Positions 48,930-62,465 of a stretch of 64,000 nucleotides of DNA are shown here, in pieces; position 1 is the stretch's first letter, and each line of letters starts with the position of its first letter. Source of the stretch: Scyliorhinus canicula (taxonomy: Eukaryota); contig NW_024055441.1 of the NCBI RefSeq assembly GCF_902713615.1, positions 1 through 64,000 of the forward strand. The letters are read 5' to 3'. Below the pieces are notes generated by a model. The model was not told the origin of the DNA and ran no database searches. It saw only the letters and a program-made list of their open reading frames with translations. The position numbers were made by a program, and so were the translations under genes.

Positions 48930-49250
48930 CTTAAAACATGTTGTTTGGCCAACAGAAAACATTATCAAAGGGCTTGTCTGGGATATGAACCTGGGACTTC
49001 TGGCAAATGTCGAAAACAAAGCACCCGAAGTGAGAATCATACTCCCAGACCAATGAGCCCCTCAATGAAAGAAGTCGCCACTTTCGGAGTCACAAAATGA
49101 AAGTCTTTGGACTCATCTGCAACCCGCAGCTTTGCTGGGTGAACCACCCCGAATGGAACTCCTTTCTTAGATAGTGCAGGCTGAACCTTATTAAAGGCTG
49201 CTCGCTTCCTCACCAGCTCAGCTCCCACATCTTGGTAAATCCTCACTAGG
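48930..49250 (-). mobile_element. L1 ORF1 C-terminal fragment
   Basis: RIYQDVGAELVRKRAAFNKVQPALSKKGVPFGVVHPAKLRV, homologous to the ORF1 end at about 26.0 kb. Confidence 0.75.
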
Positions 49251-49860
49251 ATAACTGAGTGAATCCCTTCCCACACTTAGAACAGATGAATGGTTTGTCG
49301 CGGGTGTGACGATAATGATGAATTTCCAGCTCACATGGAGATCTGAATCCCTTCCCACAGTCCCCACATTTCCATGGTTACAGCATGCTGCTGGTGTCCT
49401 TGTCCCTCTCTAAGTCTGACGATCAGTTGAACTCAAGTGTGTGTGTATCAGGTCTTTTTTCAGTAACACTGATCTTTTAAAAATAAATTTAGAGTATCCA
49501 ATTTTTTTTCCCCAATTAAGGGGCAATTTAGCATGTCCAATCCACCTCGCCTGCACATCTTTGGGTTGTGGGGCTGAAACCCACGCAAACACGGGGAGAA
49601 TGTGCAAACTCCACCCGGACAGTGACCCGGGGCCGAGATCGAACCTGGGACCTCGGCACCGTGAGGCAGCAGTCCCAGTCACACTGATGTTGAAAATCTT
49701 TTCTCACAGACAGAGCAGACAAACATTTCTTCGTCTACATTCACAGGCCAATGATATTCAGGTCCTGATGAATGGAGTGACTCTGTTAAATCTTGCTATG
49801 AAGTTTGATTTGAGTTTCCATCTGTAAATCCTCCCCTTGTAATATCCTGTAAGAGGAGTT
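49251..49860 (-). pseudogene. ZNF remnant interrupted by a SINE and fused to an L1 ORF1 fragment
   Basis: Module ILQGEDLQ..., then [20 protein letters not shown]...[14 protein letters not shown], then L1 sequence. Confidence 0.65.
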
Positions 49861-51192
49861 TATAAAAGTTATCTCGGGCGGCAGGCACAGTGGCTCAGTG
49901 GTTTTCCGAGGACTCAGGTTTGATCCCGGCCCCGGGTCACTGTCCGTATGGACTTTGCACATTCTCCCCTTGTCAGCATGGGTTTCAACCCCACAATCCA
50001 AAAAGATGTGCCGGATAAAATTACCGCTTGATTGGGACAAAATATAATTTTGTACTCTATATTTAATATAAAAACAATATTCAGCACTCAGTCCAGGATA
50101 GAAATTCTGAACAGCCAATTCTAGTTTCTCTGGAACATTTTCTCCTGTCTTGTTCCCCCTGTAAATCCCCGTCCCACACACTCTCCCTCCTCCCTGGGCT
50201 GAAATCCAAACGCATCTCACCATTTCTTTCCTCCACTCCCAGTTTTCTCCCTCCCTCTTCTCTGCCTGGGTTCAGTTCTCCAGCTCCTATCTGCAGACTG
50301 ACAATAAAATCACTGGGCCTTATTGGGGGTTTGGGGCCTCCAGCGGGTGTTTGTAAATCCTCCCTGTCCACCTGCCAGGGTTTCCTTCCTCCCCAGAGAT
50401 CAGGGTGCCGGCGCCAAAACAGGAGTACTTTACTAGGGCGCCAGTTCCGAGACCCGATTCTCGGGTCCTGGGGGGGCCAGAACGGCGCTGAAGTGGCCCA
50501 TGCCGCTCCAGCTGCCGCTCCCGGATGGACCCCCCCTCCATCCCTCAACAGGCCGCACCCGGACTGTTAAACCCCGAGGTCCCACTGGGCCCAGAGCATG
50601 TTAGAACAGTGCCGGCGGGACTAGGATGTTTTCAGATGGCCGCTCAGCTCATTCGGGCCGGAGAATCTCCGTGCGGCCCAGCACCATGTGTGCCTGCCTG
50701 TTTTTTCACGGGTGGGAGAATGGCGTTGGGGTGGCGTGGCGCAATTCGTGCAGTCCCCTGCCGATTCTCCGGCCCGGCAGGGGGTCGGAGAATCGCGACC
50801 AGAGTCCTCTGATGATTTGAGCCCAACCTCGAATCACGTTAAATTTCCATTTAATCGGGAAACAAAATTAAATGAAATTTCGTGGCTCCACAAAGTGTTT
50901 TCAACTCCTGCCTCCCACCCCGTTAACAGGTGAATGCAATTATTTTTCTTACTGAAAGGGTGGTCTCTGGGGCCATGGTAGTGTTGTGGTTAGCATGGCT
51001 GCCGAATGGCGCTGAGAATCCAGATTCGATCCTGGCCCCGAGTCACTATCCATGTGGAGTTTACACATTCTCCCCGTCTCTGCGTGTGTCTCACCTTCAC
51101 AACCCAAAGATGTGCAGGGTAGGTGATTTGAACAAGCTAATTTTGACCCTTAATTGGAAAAAAAAGTTGGTTACTCCAAATTTATTTTAAAA
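49480..51192. mobile_element. Three V-type SINE copies (minus 49480-49672, plus 49878-50078, plus 50968-51192)
   Basis: Each has a tRNA head, V core and the ...ctctaaatttatttt-type tail. Confidence 0.7.
50404..50800. mobile_element. Related GC-rich MITE-like insertion, left end degenerate
   Basis: Ends ggagaatcgcgacc. The empty site ccagagatcagagtcctc is seen (inverted) at about 63305-63322. Confidence 0.65.
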
Positions 51193-51375
51193 AAGGACGG
51201 TCTCTTTCCTAATATTTAAAATTAAAGGTGCGGATAACCCAGGAGAGGGCTACATTTCAGGGGACAGTAAATGGACAGGGATCGTCTCATGTTCTTATAT
51301 GGTACAGATTAGATATATTAATTACAGTTTAGTAATAAAATTCATCATTATTTCTCGCCATGTAATATAAGACTA

Positions 51376-53655
51376 AGACCATAAGACCATAAGACCATAA
51401 GACATAGGAGTGGAAGTAAGGCCATTCGGCCCATCGAGTCCACTCCGCCATTCAATCATGGCTGATGGGCATTTCAACTCCACCTCCCAGCATTCTCCCC
51501 ATAGCCCTTAATTCCTCGCGACATCAAGAATTTATCTATCTCTGCCTTGAAGCCATTTAGCGTCCCGGCCTCCACTGCACTCTGCGGCAATGAATTCCAC
51601 AGGCCCACCACTCTCTGGCTGAAGAAATGTCTCCGCATTTCTGTTTTGAATTTACCCCCTCTAATTCTAAGGCTGTGCCCACGGGTCCTCGACTCCTCGC
51701 CTAACGGAAACAGTTTCTTTGCGTCCATCCTTTCTAAGCCATGTATTATATTGTAAGTTTCTATTAGATCTCCCCTTAACCTTCTGAACTCCAATGAATA
51801 CAATCCCAGGAACGCCAGCCGTTCCTCATATGCTAGACCCGCCATTCCAGGGATCATCCGTGTGAATCTCCGCTGGACACGCTCCAGTGCCAGTATGTCC
51901 TTCCTGAGATGTGGGGCCCAAAACTGGACACAGTACTCCAAATGGGGCCTAACCAGAGCCTTATAAAGGCTCAGTAGCACATCGCTGCTTTTATATTCCA
52001 ACCCTCTTGAGATAAATGACAACATAGCATTCGCTTTCTTAATCACGGATTCAACCTGCATGTTTACCTTTAGGGAATCCTCGACTAGCACTCCCAGATC
52101 CCTTTGTACTTTGGCATTATGAATTTTCTCACCGTTTAGAAAGTAGTCTATGCTTGGATTCTTTTTTCCAAAGTGCAAGACCTCACATTTTCTCACGTTG
52201 AAATGCATCAGCCATTTCCTGCACCACTCTCCCAAACTGTCTAGATCCTTCTGCAGCCTCCCCACTTCCTCAGCACTACCTGCCTGACCACCTAACTTCG
52301 TATCATCAGCAAACTTCGCTAGAATGCCCCCAGTCCCTTCATCCAGATCATTAATATATATGGTGAACAGCTGCGGCCCCAACACAGAACCCTGTGGGAC
52401 ACCGCTGGTCACCGGCTGCCATTCCGAAAAAGAACCTTTTATCCCAACTCTCTGCCTTCTGTCAGACAGCCAATCCTCAACCCATGCCAGTAGCTCACCT
52501 CGAACACCATGGGCCCTCACCTTACTCAGCAGCCTCCTGTGTGGCACCTTATCAAAGGCCTTTTGGAAATCCAGATAGACCACATCCACTGGGTTTCCCT
52601 GGTCTAACCTACTTGTCACCTCCTCAAAGAATTCTAACAGGTTCGTCAGGCACGACCTCCCCTTACTAAATCCATGTTGACTTGTTCTAATCCGACCCTG
52701 CTCTTCCAAGAAATTAGAAATCTCATCCTTAACGATCGATTCTAGAATTTTACCAACAACCGAGGTTAGGCTAATTGGCCTATAATTTTCCATCTTTTGT
52801 CTTGATCCTTTCTTGAACAAGGGGGTTACAACAGCGATCTTCCAATCGTCCGGGACTTTCCCTGACTCCAGTGATTTTTGAAAGATCTCAACCAACGCTT
52901 CCGCTATTTCTTCAGCCACCTCCCTCAGAACTCTAGGATGTAGCCCATCGGGGCCAGGAGATTTGTCAATTTTAAGACCTTTTAGCTTTTTTAGCACCAT
53001 CTCTTTTGTAATGGCAACCATACTCAACTCAGCCCCCTGACCCTTTATAATTTTTGGGATATTACTAACGTCTTCCACTGTGAAGACAGACGCAAAGTAC
53101 TTATTAAGTTCTCCAGCCATTTCCTCATCTCCCATCACTAGCCTTCCAGAATCAGTTTGAATTGGCCCAATGTCTACTTTGGCCTGACGTTTGTTTCTTA
53201 TGTATTGAAAGAAACTTTTACTATCATTTCTTATATTACTGGCTAGCCTGCCTTCATATTTGATCCTCTCCTTCCTTATTTGTCTCTTTGTTAACCTCTG
53301 TTTGTTTTTGTAGCCTTCCCAATCTTCTGATTTCCCGGTGCTTTTGGCCACTTTATAGGATCTCTCTTTTTCTTTGATACATTTCCTGACCTCCTTTGTC
53401 AGCCATGGCTGTCTAATCCCTCCCTGGATAATCTTTCTTTTCTTGGGGATGAACCTCTGTACAGTGTCCTCAATTATGCATACAAACTCCTGCCATTTTT
53501 GCTCTACTGTCTTCCCTGCTAGGGTCTGCTTCCAGTTGATTTTCACCAGTTCCTCTCTCATGCCCTCGTAATTACCTTTATTTAACTGTAACACCATTAC
53601 ATCCGATTTTGCCTTCTCTCTTTCAAACTGCAGACTGAACTCAACCATATTATGA
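51376..53655 (-). mobile_element. Young CR1-clade LINE, 5'-truncated, uninterrupted 724-aa ORF2 (RT) fragment
   Basis: ORF 51474-53648 with [42 protein letters not shown]; (cttatggt)n tail. Confidence 0.95.
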
Positions 53656-53669
53656 TCAACAGCGACTGT

Positions 53670-54100
53670 AGCTACATTATAGATTTCCAGTCATCTCTTC
53701 CCTCAGAGGGTTGTCAGTCATTGGATTTCTCTTCCACAGGGACCAGTTGTATCTGGGGGTCATTGAATATATTGAAGCACAAGTTAGACAGATATTTTAT
53801 TGACAAAGGAGTTAAGGGTTATGGGGAACAGGTAGGAAAATAGAGAGAAAGCTGAGATGAGGAGGGATTTCTTCACTCGAGGATGTGGTGAAGCTTTGGA
53901 ATTCCCCAGAGGAATATGGAGCCTCAGCCATTCGGTATGTTCAAGACAAATATTGACAGGTTTCTAGATATTGAAGATATCGAGGGATATGGGGATTGTG
54001 TGGGAAAATGGTGTTGAGGTAGATCGGCCAAGGATCTAATTGAATGGTTGAGCAGACTCGGTGGGCCGAATGGCCTACTCTTGCTCCTATTCTAATCTCT
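53670..54100 (+). mobile_element. Two tandem degenerate CR1 3' fragments
   Basis: Repeated ttc(t/c)..cagagggttgt...aagggttatgggga motif and a gggccgaatggcctactcttgctcc tail. Confidence 0.6.
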
Positions 54101-54344
54101 GTGTCCTGGTCAGGAAGCAGTGAGCTGAGCTTGGATCTGTCAATCAGCCTGAATCAGCACCTTCAGGAGAATTGGGAGGGTGAATATTAGATACAGCAGA
54201 GTGAGAATGGAGGGAGATTGTGTGGGATGGAAATTTACAGCTTTTAGAGAAGGAGAGAGGAAATTATATTCCATAAGAACTAGAATTGTCTGTTCTGAAT
54301 TCCTATCCTGTAATAACAAGTGATGACTTTCGTAAATTTTTTTT

Positions 54345-55272
<928 letters not shown>

Positions 55273-57102
55273 TGAATTTCTATCCGAAACTGACAGTGAG
55301 ATTTCTGTAAATTTACAGGACACTGGAAGAGGAGGTTTAACAGACGGGAAACACAAAGCAAACGTCACATCGCGATCTGACAGAGTCACTCGATTCATCA
55401 GAACCTGAATTTCAGCAGCATCTGGGTGTGGAAGGTAAAAGGTTTGTCTGTTCTGTCTGTGAGGGAAGATTTCAGGTCTCAGTGTGACTGGAAAAGCCCG
55501 AGATTCACAAACCGTGGTTAGGCCAAACCTGGAGAACTGTGTTCAGTTCTGGGCAACAAACCTGAGGAAGGATAGAATGGCCTCGGAGGGAGTGTAGCAC
55601 AGATTTACCTGAGTGATATCTGAACCCCCAGGGGTTAAATTACAAAACTAAAAGGAGTCGGAGATATGATGGCACAGAGAATGGCATTCGGCCCATTGAA
55701 TCCATGCTAGCTCTCTGGAGCAATCCAGTCAGTGCCATTCTCCTGCTCCATCCCTGTATCCTCGCAGGTTTATTTCCCTCAGATGTCTATCCAATTTCAT
55801 TTTGAAATCAAATGATTCATTGTGTCTATTTTCAAACTCCCACATAGGCAGCAAGTTTCAGGTCATTGCCGCTCGCTGTGTAAAAACATGCATCTCATAT
55901 CTCCTCATATCTCCTGTACCTTTTACATACAAACTAGGAACAGGCCACTCGGCCCCTCGAGCCTACTCAGCATTCAATAAGATTGCGGCTGATCTTATTC
56001 TAACCTCAACTCCACATTCCTGCCTCCCCTTGATGACCTTTCACCCCCTTGCTCATCAAGAATCTATCCAGCTCTGCGTTAAAAATATTCAAGGACTCTG
56101 CTTCCACTGCCTTTTAAAGGCGCGAGTTCCAAAGTCTTACAACACTCAAGAGAATAAAAAATCCTCATCTCCATCTAAAATGGGCGACTTTTCACAGTAA
56201 CTTCATTGGAGCCTACTTGTGACAATAAGCAATTATTATTATTATGACCCCTTATTTTGCAAAACTGATGCCCTCTTCTAGATTCTCCCACAAGAGGAAA
56301 CATCCTCTCCACATCCACCCTGTCAAGACCCCTCAGGGTCTTATATTGTTCAATCCAGGCTTTACCCAAAACTTTAAATCTGTGTCCCGGCTGCTTGTAC
56401 GATCAGTGAATGGAAACAGAGTTTCTTTGTCCACCCAATGGAAATCTGGCATAATCTTGTGTCCCTGTATCAAATCTCCCCTCAACCTCCTTTGCTGGAA
56501 CCATTGTGGTAAATCTCCTCTGCACCTTCTCCAAGAACCTTCACATCCTTCCTGAAGAGTGGTGACCAGAGCTTTATAAAGATTCATAAAATAGAATTAG
56601 AACCATAGAATTCCTACAGAGCAGAAGGAGGCCATTCGGCCCATCGAGTGCACTGATTCTCTGAAAGGGCACCCTGCCTTGGCCCACACCCCTACCCTGT
56701 CCCTGTAACCCCATAGCCCCACCTAACCTGCACATCCCTGGATACTAAGGGGCAATTTATCAAGGCCAAGCCACCTAACTTTCCCTTCTTTGGACTGTTG
56801 GAGGAATCCTGAGCACCGGGTGGAAACCCACGCAGACATGGGGAGAAAGTGCAAACTCCACACAGACAGTCACCAAGGCCGGAATTGAACCCGGGTCTCT
56901 GGCGCCGTGAGGCAGCAGTGCTAATCACCGTGCCACCAGAAGCATAGTTTCTGTATCAATATTACTGTTTATGAAGCTGAAGATCGCATTTGCTTTGCCA
57001 ACTACTTTATTAATATGTCTTGTGGACATACAAAATCCCTCTTCACCTCTTTCTCTCCTCCCAAAGAGGCCAGTTGGGTTTTTATGACAATCCAGCAGTT
57101 TT

Positions 57103-60025
57103 TTTTTAATAAACAATTTTATTGAGGTAGTTTTTGGCTTTTTAAACAGTTACAGACATCATCAGAAAGAAAGGAAAAAAGGCAAAAATGTGCAAACATC
57201 CATGTACTTTCAATACTTCAATCGTAACATATTGCACAAGCCCGCTCCTCTCCCACCGGTACTACCCGCCATATTTTCCCTCCTACTCTACTCTACCCCC
57301 CACCCCCCTGCTGACGCTCACTCTCCCGCAAAGAAGTCAATAAATGGTTGCCACCTCCGGGCAAACCCCTGCACAGACCCCCTCAAGGCGAACTTAATTT
57401 TCTCTATACCCAGGAAACTCGACATGTCCGCAAGCCACCACTCAGTCTTCGGGGGCTTTGAGTCCCTCCACGCCAATAGTATTCGTCGCCGGGCTATCAG
57501 GGAAGCAAAGGCCAAAACATCGGCCTCTTTCTCCCCCGGATCCCCGGGTCCTCCGAAACCCCAAAAATTGCCACCCCTGGACTCATCACCACCCTTGTTT
57601 TTAGCACCTGGGACATAGAACATAGAACGATACAGCGCAGTACAGGCCCTTCGGCCCTCAATGTTGCACCGACATGGAAAAAAACTAAAGGCCATCCAAC
57701 CTACACTATGCCCTTATCATCCATATGCTTATCCAATAAACTTTTAAATGCCCTCAATGTTGGCGAGTTCACTACTGTTGCAGGTAGGGCATTCCACGGC
57801 CTCACCACTCTTTGCGTAAAAAACCCACCTCTGACCTCTGTCCTATATCTATTACCCCTCAATTTAAGGCTATGTCCCCTTGTGATAGCCACCTCCATCC
57901 GCGGGAGAAGGCTCTCGCTGTCCACCCTATCTAACCCTCTGATCATTTTGTATGCCTCTATTAGGTCACCTCTTAACCTTCTTCTCTCTAACGAAAACAA
58001 CCTCAAGTCCATCAGCCTTTCCTCATAAGATTTTCCCTCCATACCAGGCAACATCCTGGTAAATCTCCTCTGCACCCGTTCCAAAGTTTCCACGTCCTTC
58101 CTATAATGAGGCGACCAGAACTGTACGCAATACTCCAAATGCGGCCGTACTAGAGTTTTGTACAACTGCAAAATGACCTCATGGCTCCGGAACTCAATCC
58201 CTCTACCAATAAAGGCCATCACACCATAGGCCTTCTTCACAACCCTATCAACCTGGGTGGCAACTTTCAGGGATCTATGTACATGGACACCGAGATCCCT
58301 CTGCTCATCCACACTACCAAGAATTTTACCATTAGCCAAATATTCCGCATTCCTGTTATTCTTTCCAAAGTGAATCACCTCACACTTCTCCACATTAAAC
58401 TCCATTTGCCACCTCTCAGCCTAGCTCTGCAGCTTATCTATGTCCCTCTGTAACCTGCAACATCCTTCCGCACTGTCTACAACTCCACCGACTTTAGTGT
58501 CGTTTGCAAATTTACTTACCCATCCTTCTGCTCCCTCCTCTAGGTCATTTATAAAAATGACAAACAGCAACGGCCCCAGAACAGATCCTTGTGGTACGCC
58601 ACTCGTAACTGAACTCCATTCTGAACATTTCCCGTCAACCACCACTCTCTGTCTTCTTTCAACTAGCCAATTTCTGATCCACATCTCTAAATTACCCTCA
58701 ATCCCCAGCCTCCGTATTTTCTGCAATAGCCGACCGTGGGGAACCTTATCAAACGCTTTACTGAAATCCATATACACCACATCAACTGCTTTACCCTCGT
58801 CCACCTGTTCAGTCACCTTCTCAAAGAACTCGATAAGGTTTGTGAGGCATGACCTACCCTTCACAAAACCATGCTGACTATCCCTAATCATATTATTCCT
58901 ATCTAGATGATTATAAATCGTATCTTTTATAATCCTCTCCAAGACTTTACCCACCACAGATGTTAGGCTCACCGGCCTATAGTTACCGGGGTTATCTCTA
59001 CTCCCCTTCTTGAACAAAGGGACCACATTTGCTATCCTCCAGTCCTCTGGCACTATTCCTGTAGCCAATGGTGACCTAAAAATCAAAGCCAAAGGCTCAG
59101 CAATCTCTTCCCTGGCTTCCCAGAGAATCCTAGGATAAATCCCATCAGGCCCCGGGGACTTATCTATTTTCACCTTGTCCAGAATTGCCAACACTTCTTC
59201 CCTACTCACCTCAATGCCATCTATTCTAATAGCCTGGGTCTCAGCATTCTCCTCCACAATATTATCTTTTTCCTGAGTGAATACTGACAATAAGTATTCA
59301 TTTAGTATCTCGCTTATCTCCTCAGCCTCCACACACAACTTCCCACCACTGTCCTTGACTGGCCCTACTCTTACCCTAGTCATTCTTTTATTCCTGACAT
59401 ACCTATAGAAAGCTTTTGGGTTTTCCTTGATCCTACCTGCCAAAGACTTCTCATGTCCCCTCCTTGCTTGTCTTAGCTCTCTCTTTAGATCCTTCCTCGC
59501 TTCCCTGTAACAATCAAGCGCTCCAACTGAAACTTCACGCTTCATCTTCACATAGGCCTCCTTTTTCCTCTTAACAAGAGATTCCACTTCTTTGGTAAAC
59601 CACGGTTCCCTCGCTCTACCCTTTCCTCCCTGTCTGACTGGTACGTACTGATCAAGAACAAGCAATAGCTGTTCCTTGAACAAGCTCCACATATCCAGTG
59701 TGCCCAACCCTTGCAGCCTACTTCTCCAACCTACACATCCTAAGTCATGTCTAATGGCATCATAATTGCCCCCTTCAAATCCCTCCCAGTACCCCCTAAG
59801 CTTAGGGCATGCCCAAAACATGTGCACGTGGTTCGCTGGTCCTCCCGCGCACCTAGCGCATTTGTCCTCTGTCCCGAAGAATTTGCTCATCCGAGCCACC
59901 GTCATATGGGCCTGGTGAACGACCTTAAATTGAATCAGCCCGAGCCTAGCACATGTCGCTGTCGAATTTATCCTACTCAAGGCCTCTGCCCACAGCCCAT
60001 CCTCCATTTCCCCGCCTAGTTCCTC
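57103..60025 (-). mobile_element. 5'-truncated L1 (about 770 bp of L1 sequence) with 17-bp TSD and a nested CR1
   Basis: TSD GACAATCCAGCAGTTTT at 57086-57102 and 60026-60042; T-run next to the left copy; ORF2 C-terminus ...RRWQPFIDFFAGE*. Confidence 0.9.
57613..59770 (-). mobile_element. CR1-clade LINE, 5'-truncated, RT open apart from one TGG>TAG stop
   Basis: ORFs 58421-60007 and 57701-58405 are in the same frame, separated by the TAG at 58421-58423; [20 protein letters not shown]; (ttctatg)n tail. Confidence 0.93.
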
Positions 60026-60354
60026 GACAATCCAGCAGTTTTAATGGTCACGTTTTCTTTGATTCAGATTAGTTTCAGATTCCAGCATCCGCAGTAACTT
60101 GCATTTATCCAGCATTTTCTCTTTCACTTTTTCTTAGTGTTGGCCCCACAAATGACCAGATTCATTCAGCTCAATTTCACATCTGGCTTTGTGTTTTTGT
60201 GGGTTCTGTCTCACTCCCTATTTTCTGTTTTCAATCAGTTTCACAGGGTGTTCGAAGGGGAGGCTTTAAAGTCCGGAAACTCAAACCAAGCATCACATCA
60301 GGATCTGACAGAGCCCCCAATTTATCATATCCTGAATATCAGCAGATTTTGAAC

Positions 60355-61391
60355 ATGGAAGGAAAGAGCATTGTTCACAGTGGGGAGAAACCGTACACGT
60401 GTTGTGTGTGTGCGCAAGGATTTGCTCGATCATCAGGCCTCACAAGCCACAAATGCAGTCACACTGAGGAGAAACCATGGAAATGTGCGGACTGTGCGAA
60501 AGGATTCAATTCCCCATCCAAGTTGGAAACACATCGACGCAGTCACACTGGGGAGAGACCATTCACCTGCTCCAAGTGCGGGAAGAGATTCACTCAGTTA
60601 TCCACTCTGTCCACACACCAGCGAGTTCACACTGGGGAGAGACCATTCACCTGCTCAGAGTGTGGGAAGGGATTTTCTTTTTCAACCCACCTGCTGAGTC
60701 ACCAGCGAATTCACACTGATGAGAGACCGTTTCAATGTCCAGACTGCGTGAAGTGCTATAAACGTTCTGGGGAACTGATTCGTCATCAACGTGTTCACAC
60801 AGACGAGAGACCGTTTAGGTGCTCTCACTGCGGGAATAGGTTCAGACAATCATCTGACCTCACTGTACATTGGCGAAGTCACACTGGGGAGAGACCATTC
60901 ACCTGCGCCAAGTGTGGGAAGAGATTCACTCGATCATCTGACCTGCAGAGGCACCAGCAAATTCACACTGGGGAGAGGCCATTCGCCTGCTCCAAGTGTG
61001 GGAAACGATTCACCCAGTCATCCGACCTGTTGAGTCACCAGCGGGTTCACACTGATGAGAGACCGTTTCAATGTCCAGACTGCGGGAAGTGCTATAAAAG
61101 TTGTAAGGAACTGATGTACCATAAACGTGTTCACACTGACGAGAGACCGTTTGGTGCTCTCACTGCGGGAATTGGTTCAGACAATCATGTAACCTCACTG
61201 TACATCGGCGGATTCACACTGGGGAGAGGCCATTCACCTGCTCCTGGTGTGGAAGAGGATTTACTGTGTCATCAGCCCTGCAGAAGCACCAGCGAATTCA
61301 CACTGGAGAGAGACCGTTCAGCTGCTCCCAGTGTGGAAAGGGTTTCGCCTCTTCATCCCACCTGCTGAGACACCAACAAGGCCACAAGTAA
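60355..61391 (+). CDS. C2H2 ZNF paralog (ZNF-3): 9 fingers in frame, 3 more after a 1-bp deletion
   Basis: [16 protein letters not shown]... from ATG 60355. ccgttt(a)ggtgctct lacks an A near 61152; the shifted frame encodes three more fingers ending HQQGHK* at 61391. Confidence 0.85.
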
Positions 61392-61589
61392 CCACAGTGA
61401 TTGGGTTTTGCTGTTCCTCACATTCCGGACTGAACCATGTTCATTTGGGTCTCTTTCTGCTGATAACAAACTCCAGCCCATTTACAGAGGCTAATATTCT
61501 GGCTAAAAGTCAAATAAATTAGATTTGTGTTAAATACGCAGTGTGTTGAAACTTTTTAATATCTCTGAAACAAGTTAGTTCCTTTTGAA

Positions 61590-61835
61590 GTTCTCTCGCT
61601 CTCCTCTGTCTCTTCCATCCTCACCTCCAACAAGAAGTGTGAGGAGCTTGTGGAGCTTCTTTGTGACTGAGATTGAGTCAATCCGATCAGCTGCCTCTGC
61701 TGCTTCCCTCCCTTCCACGAGCCCACCGGACCAAACTGTCTCTAAATGTCATCCTTTCCCGAGCCCTAAACCCACATCTTTCTCTAGTTTCTCTCCCATC
61801 TCCCCTCATGCCCTCTCGGAGCTCATCTTGTCCAT
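61590..61835 (+). mobile_element. L2-like LINE ORF2 fragment (inverted copy at about 190-470)
   Basis: SFFVTEIESIRSAAS...FSSFSPISPHALSELILS resembles the L2 endonuclease-RT linker. Confidence 0.5.
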
Positions 61836-61837
61836 TA

Positions 61838-62465
61838 TCGAGGGACAACAATACCTGCTGGAGACAGACAGACAACTAAACTTAGGGCAGCATGGTAGCA
61901 TGGTGATTAGCATAAATGCTTCACAGCTCCAGGGTCCCAGGTTCGATTCCCGGCGGGGTCACTGTCTGTGTGGAGTCTGCACGTCCTCCCCGTGTGTGCG
62001 TGGGTTTCCTCCGGGTGCTCCGGTTTCCTCACACAGTCCAAAGATGTGCGGGTTAGGTGGATTGGCCATGCTAAATTGCCCGTAGTGTCCTAAAAAGTAA
62101 GGTTAAGGGGGGGTTGTTGGGTTACTGGTATAGGGTGGATACGTGGGTTTGAGTAGGGTGATCATTGCTCGGCACAACATCGAGGGCCGAAGGGCCTGTT
62201 CTGTGCTGTACTGTTCTATGTTCTATGTAAACAACATGAATCACAACACCAAGCTACCTAGACCCATATACCCGAGACAGGGAGCATTGGAGACGGACTG
62301 GAAGAACTTAAAGACTCGAGACACATTATCCGAAAACAACAAAGTACAACAGATAGAACCAAGGAAGTTCTGTCTGCTCCCTAAAACACCCAAACACATA
62401 GACTGTACCAGGGAAATACCCCCAGAGAGACCCATCAGATCAGACTGTGAGAGCAAAAGTCCGAC
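61838..62465 (+). mobile_element. Penelope-like element RT fragment, split by a SINE
   Basis: QQYLLETDRQL ... EPRKFCLLPKTPK...PERPIRS resembles the PLE RT N-terminal YxxEAxRQL and FYxLPKIHK..PxRPIVS motifs. Confidence 0.5.
61884..62227 (+). mobile_element. Young HE1-type SINE, near-identical in type to 16652-16977 (degenerate minus copy at 62467-62710)
   Basis: Full head-core-tail with (gttctat)2. Confidence 0.88.
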
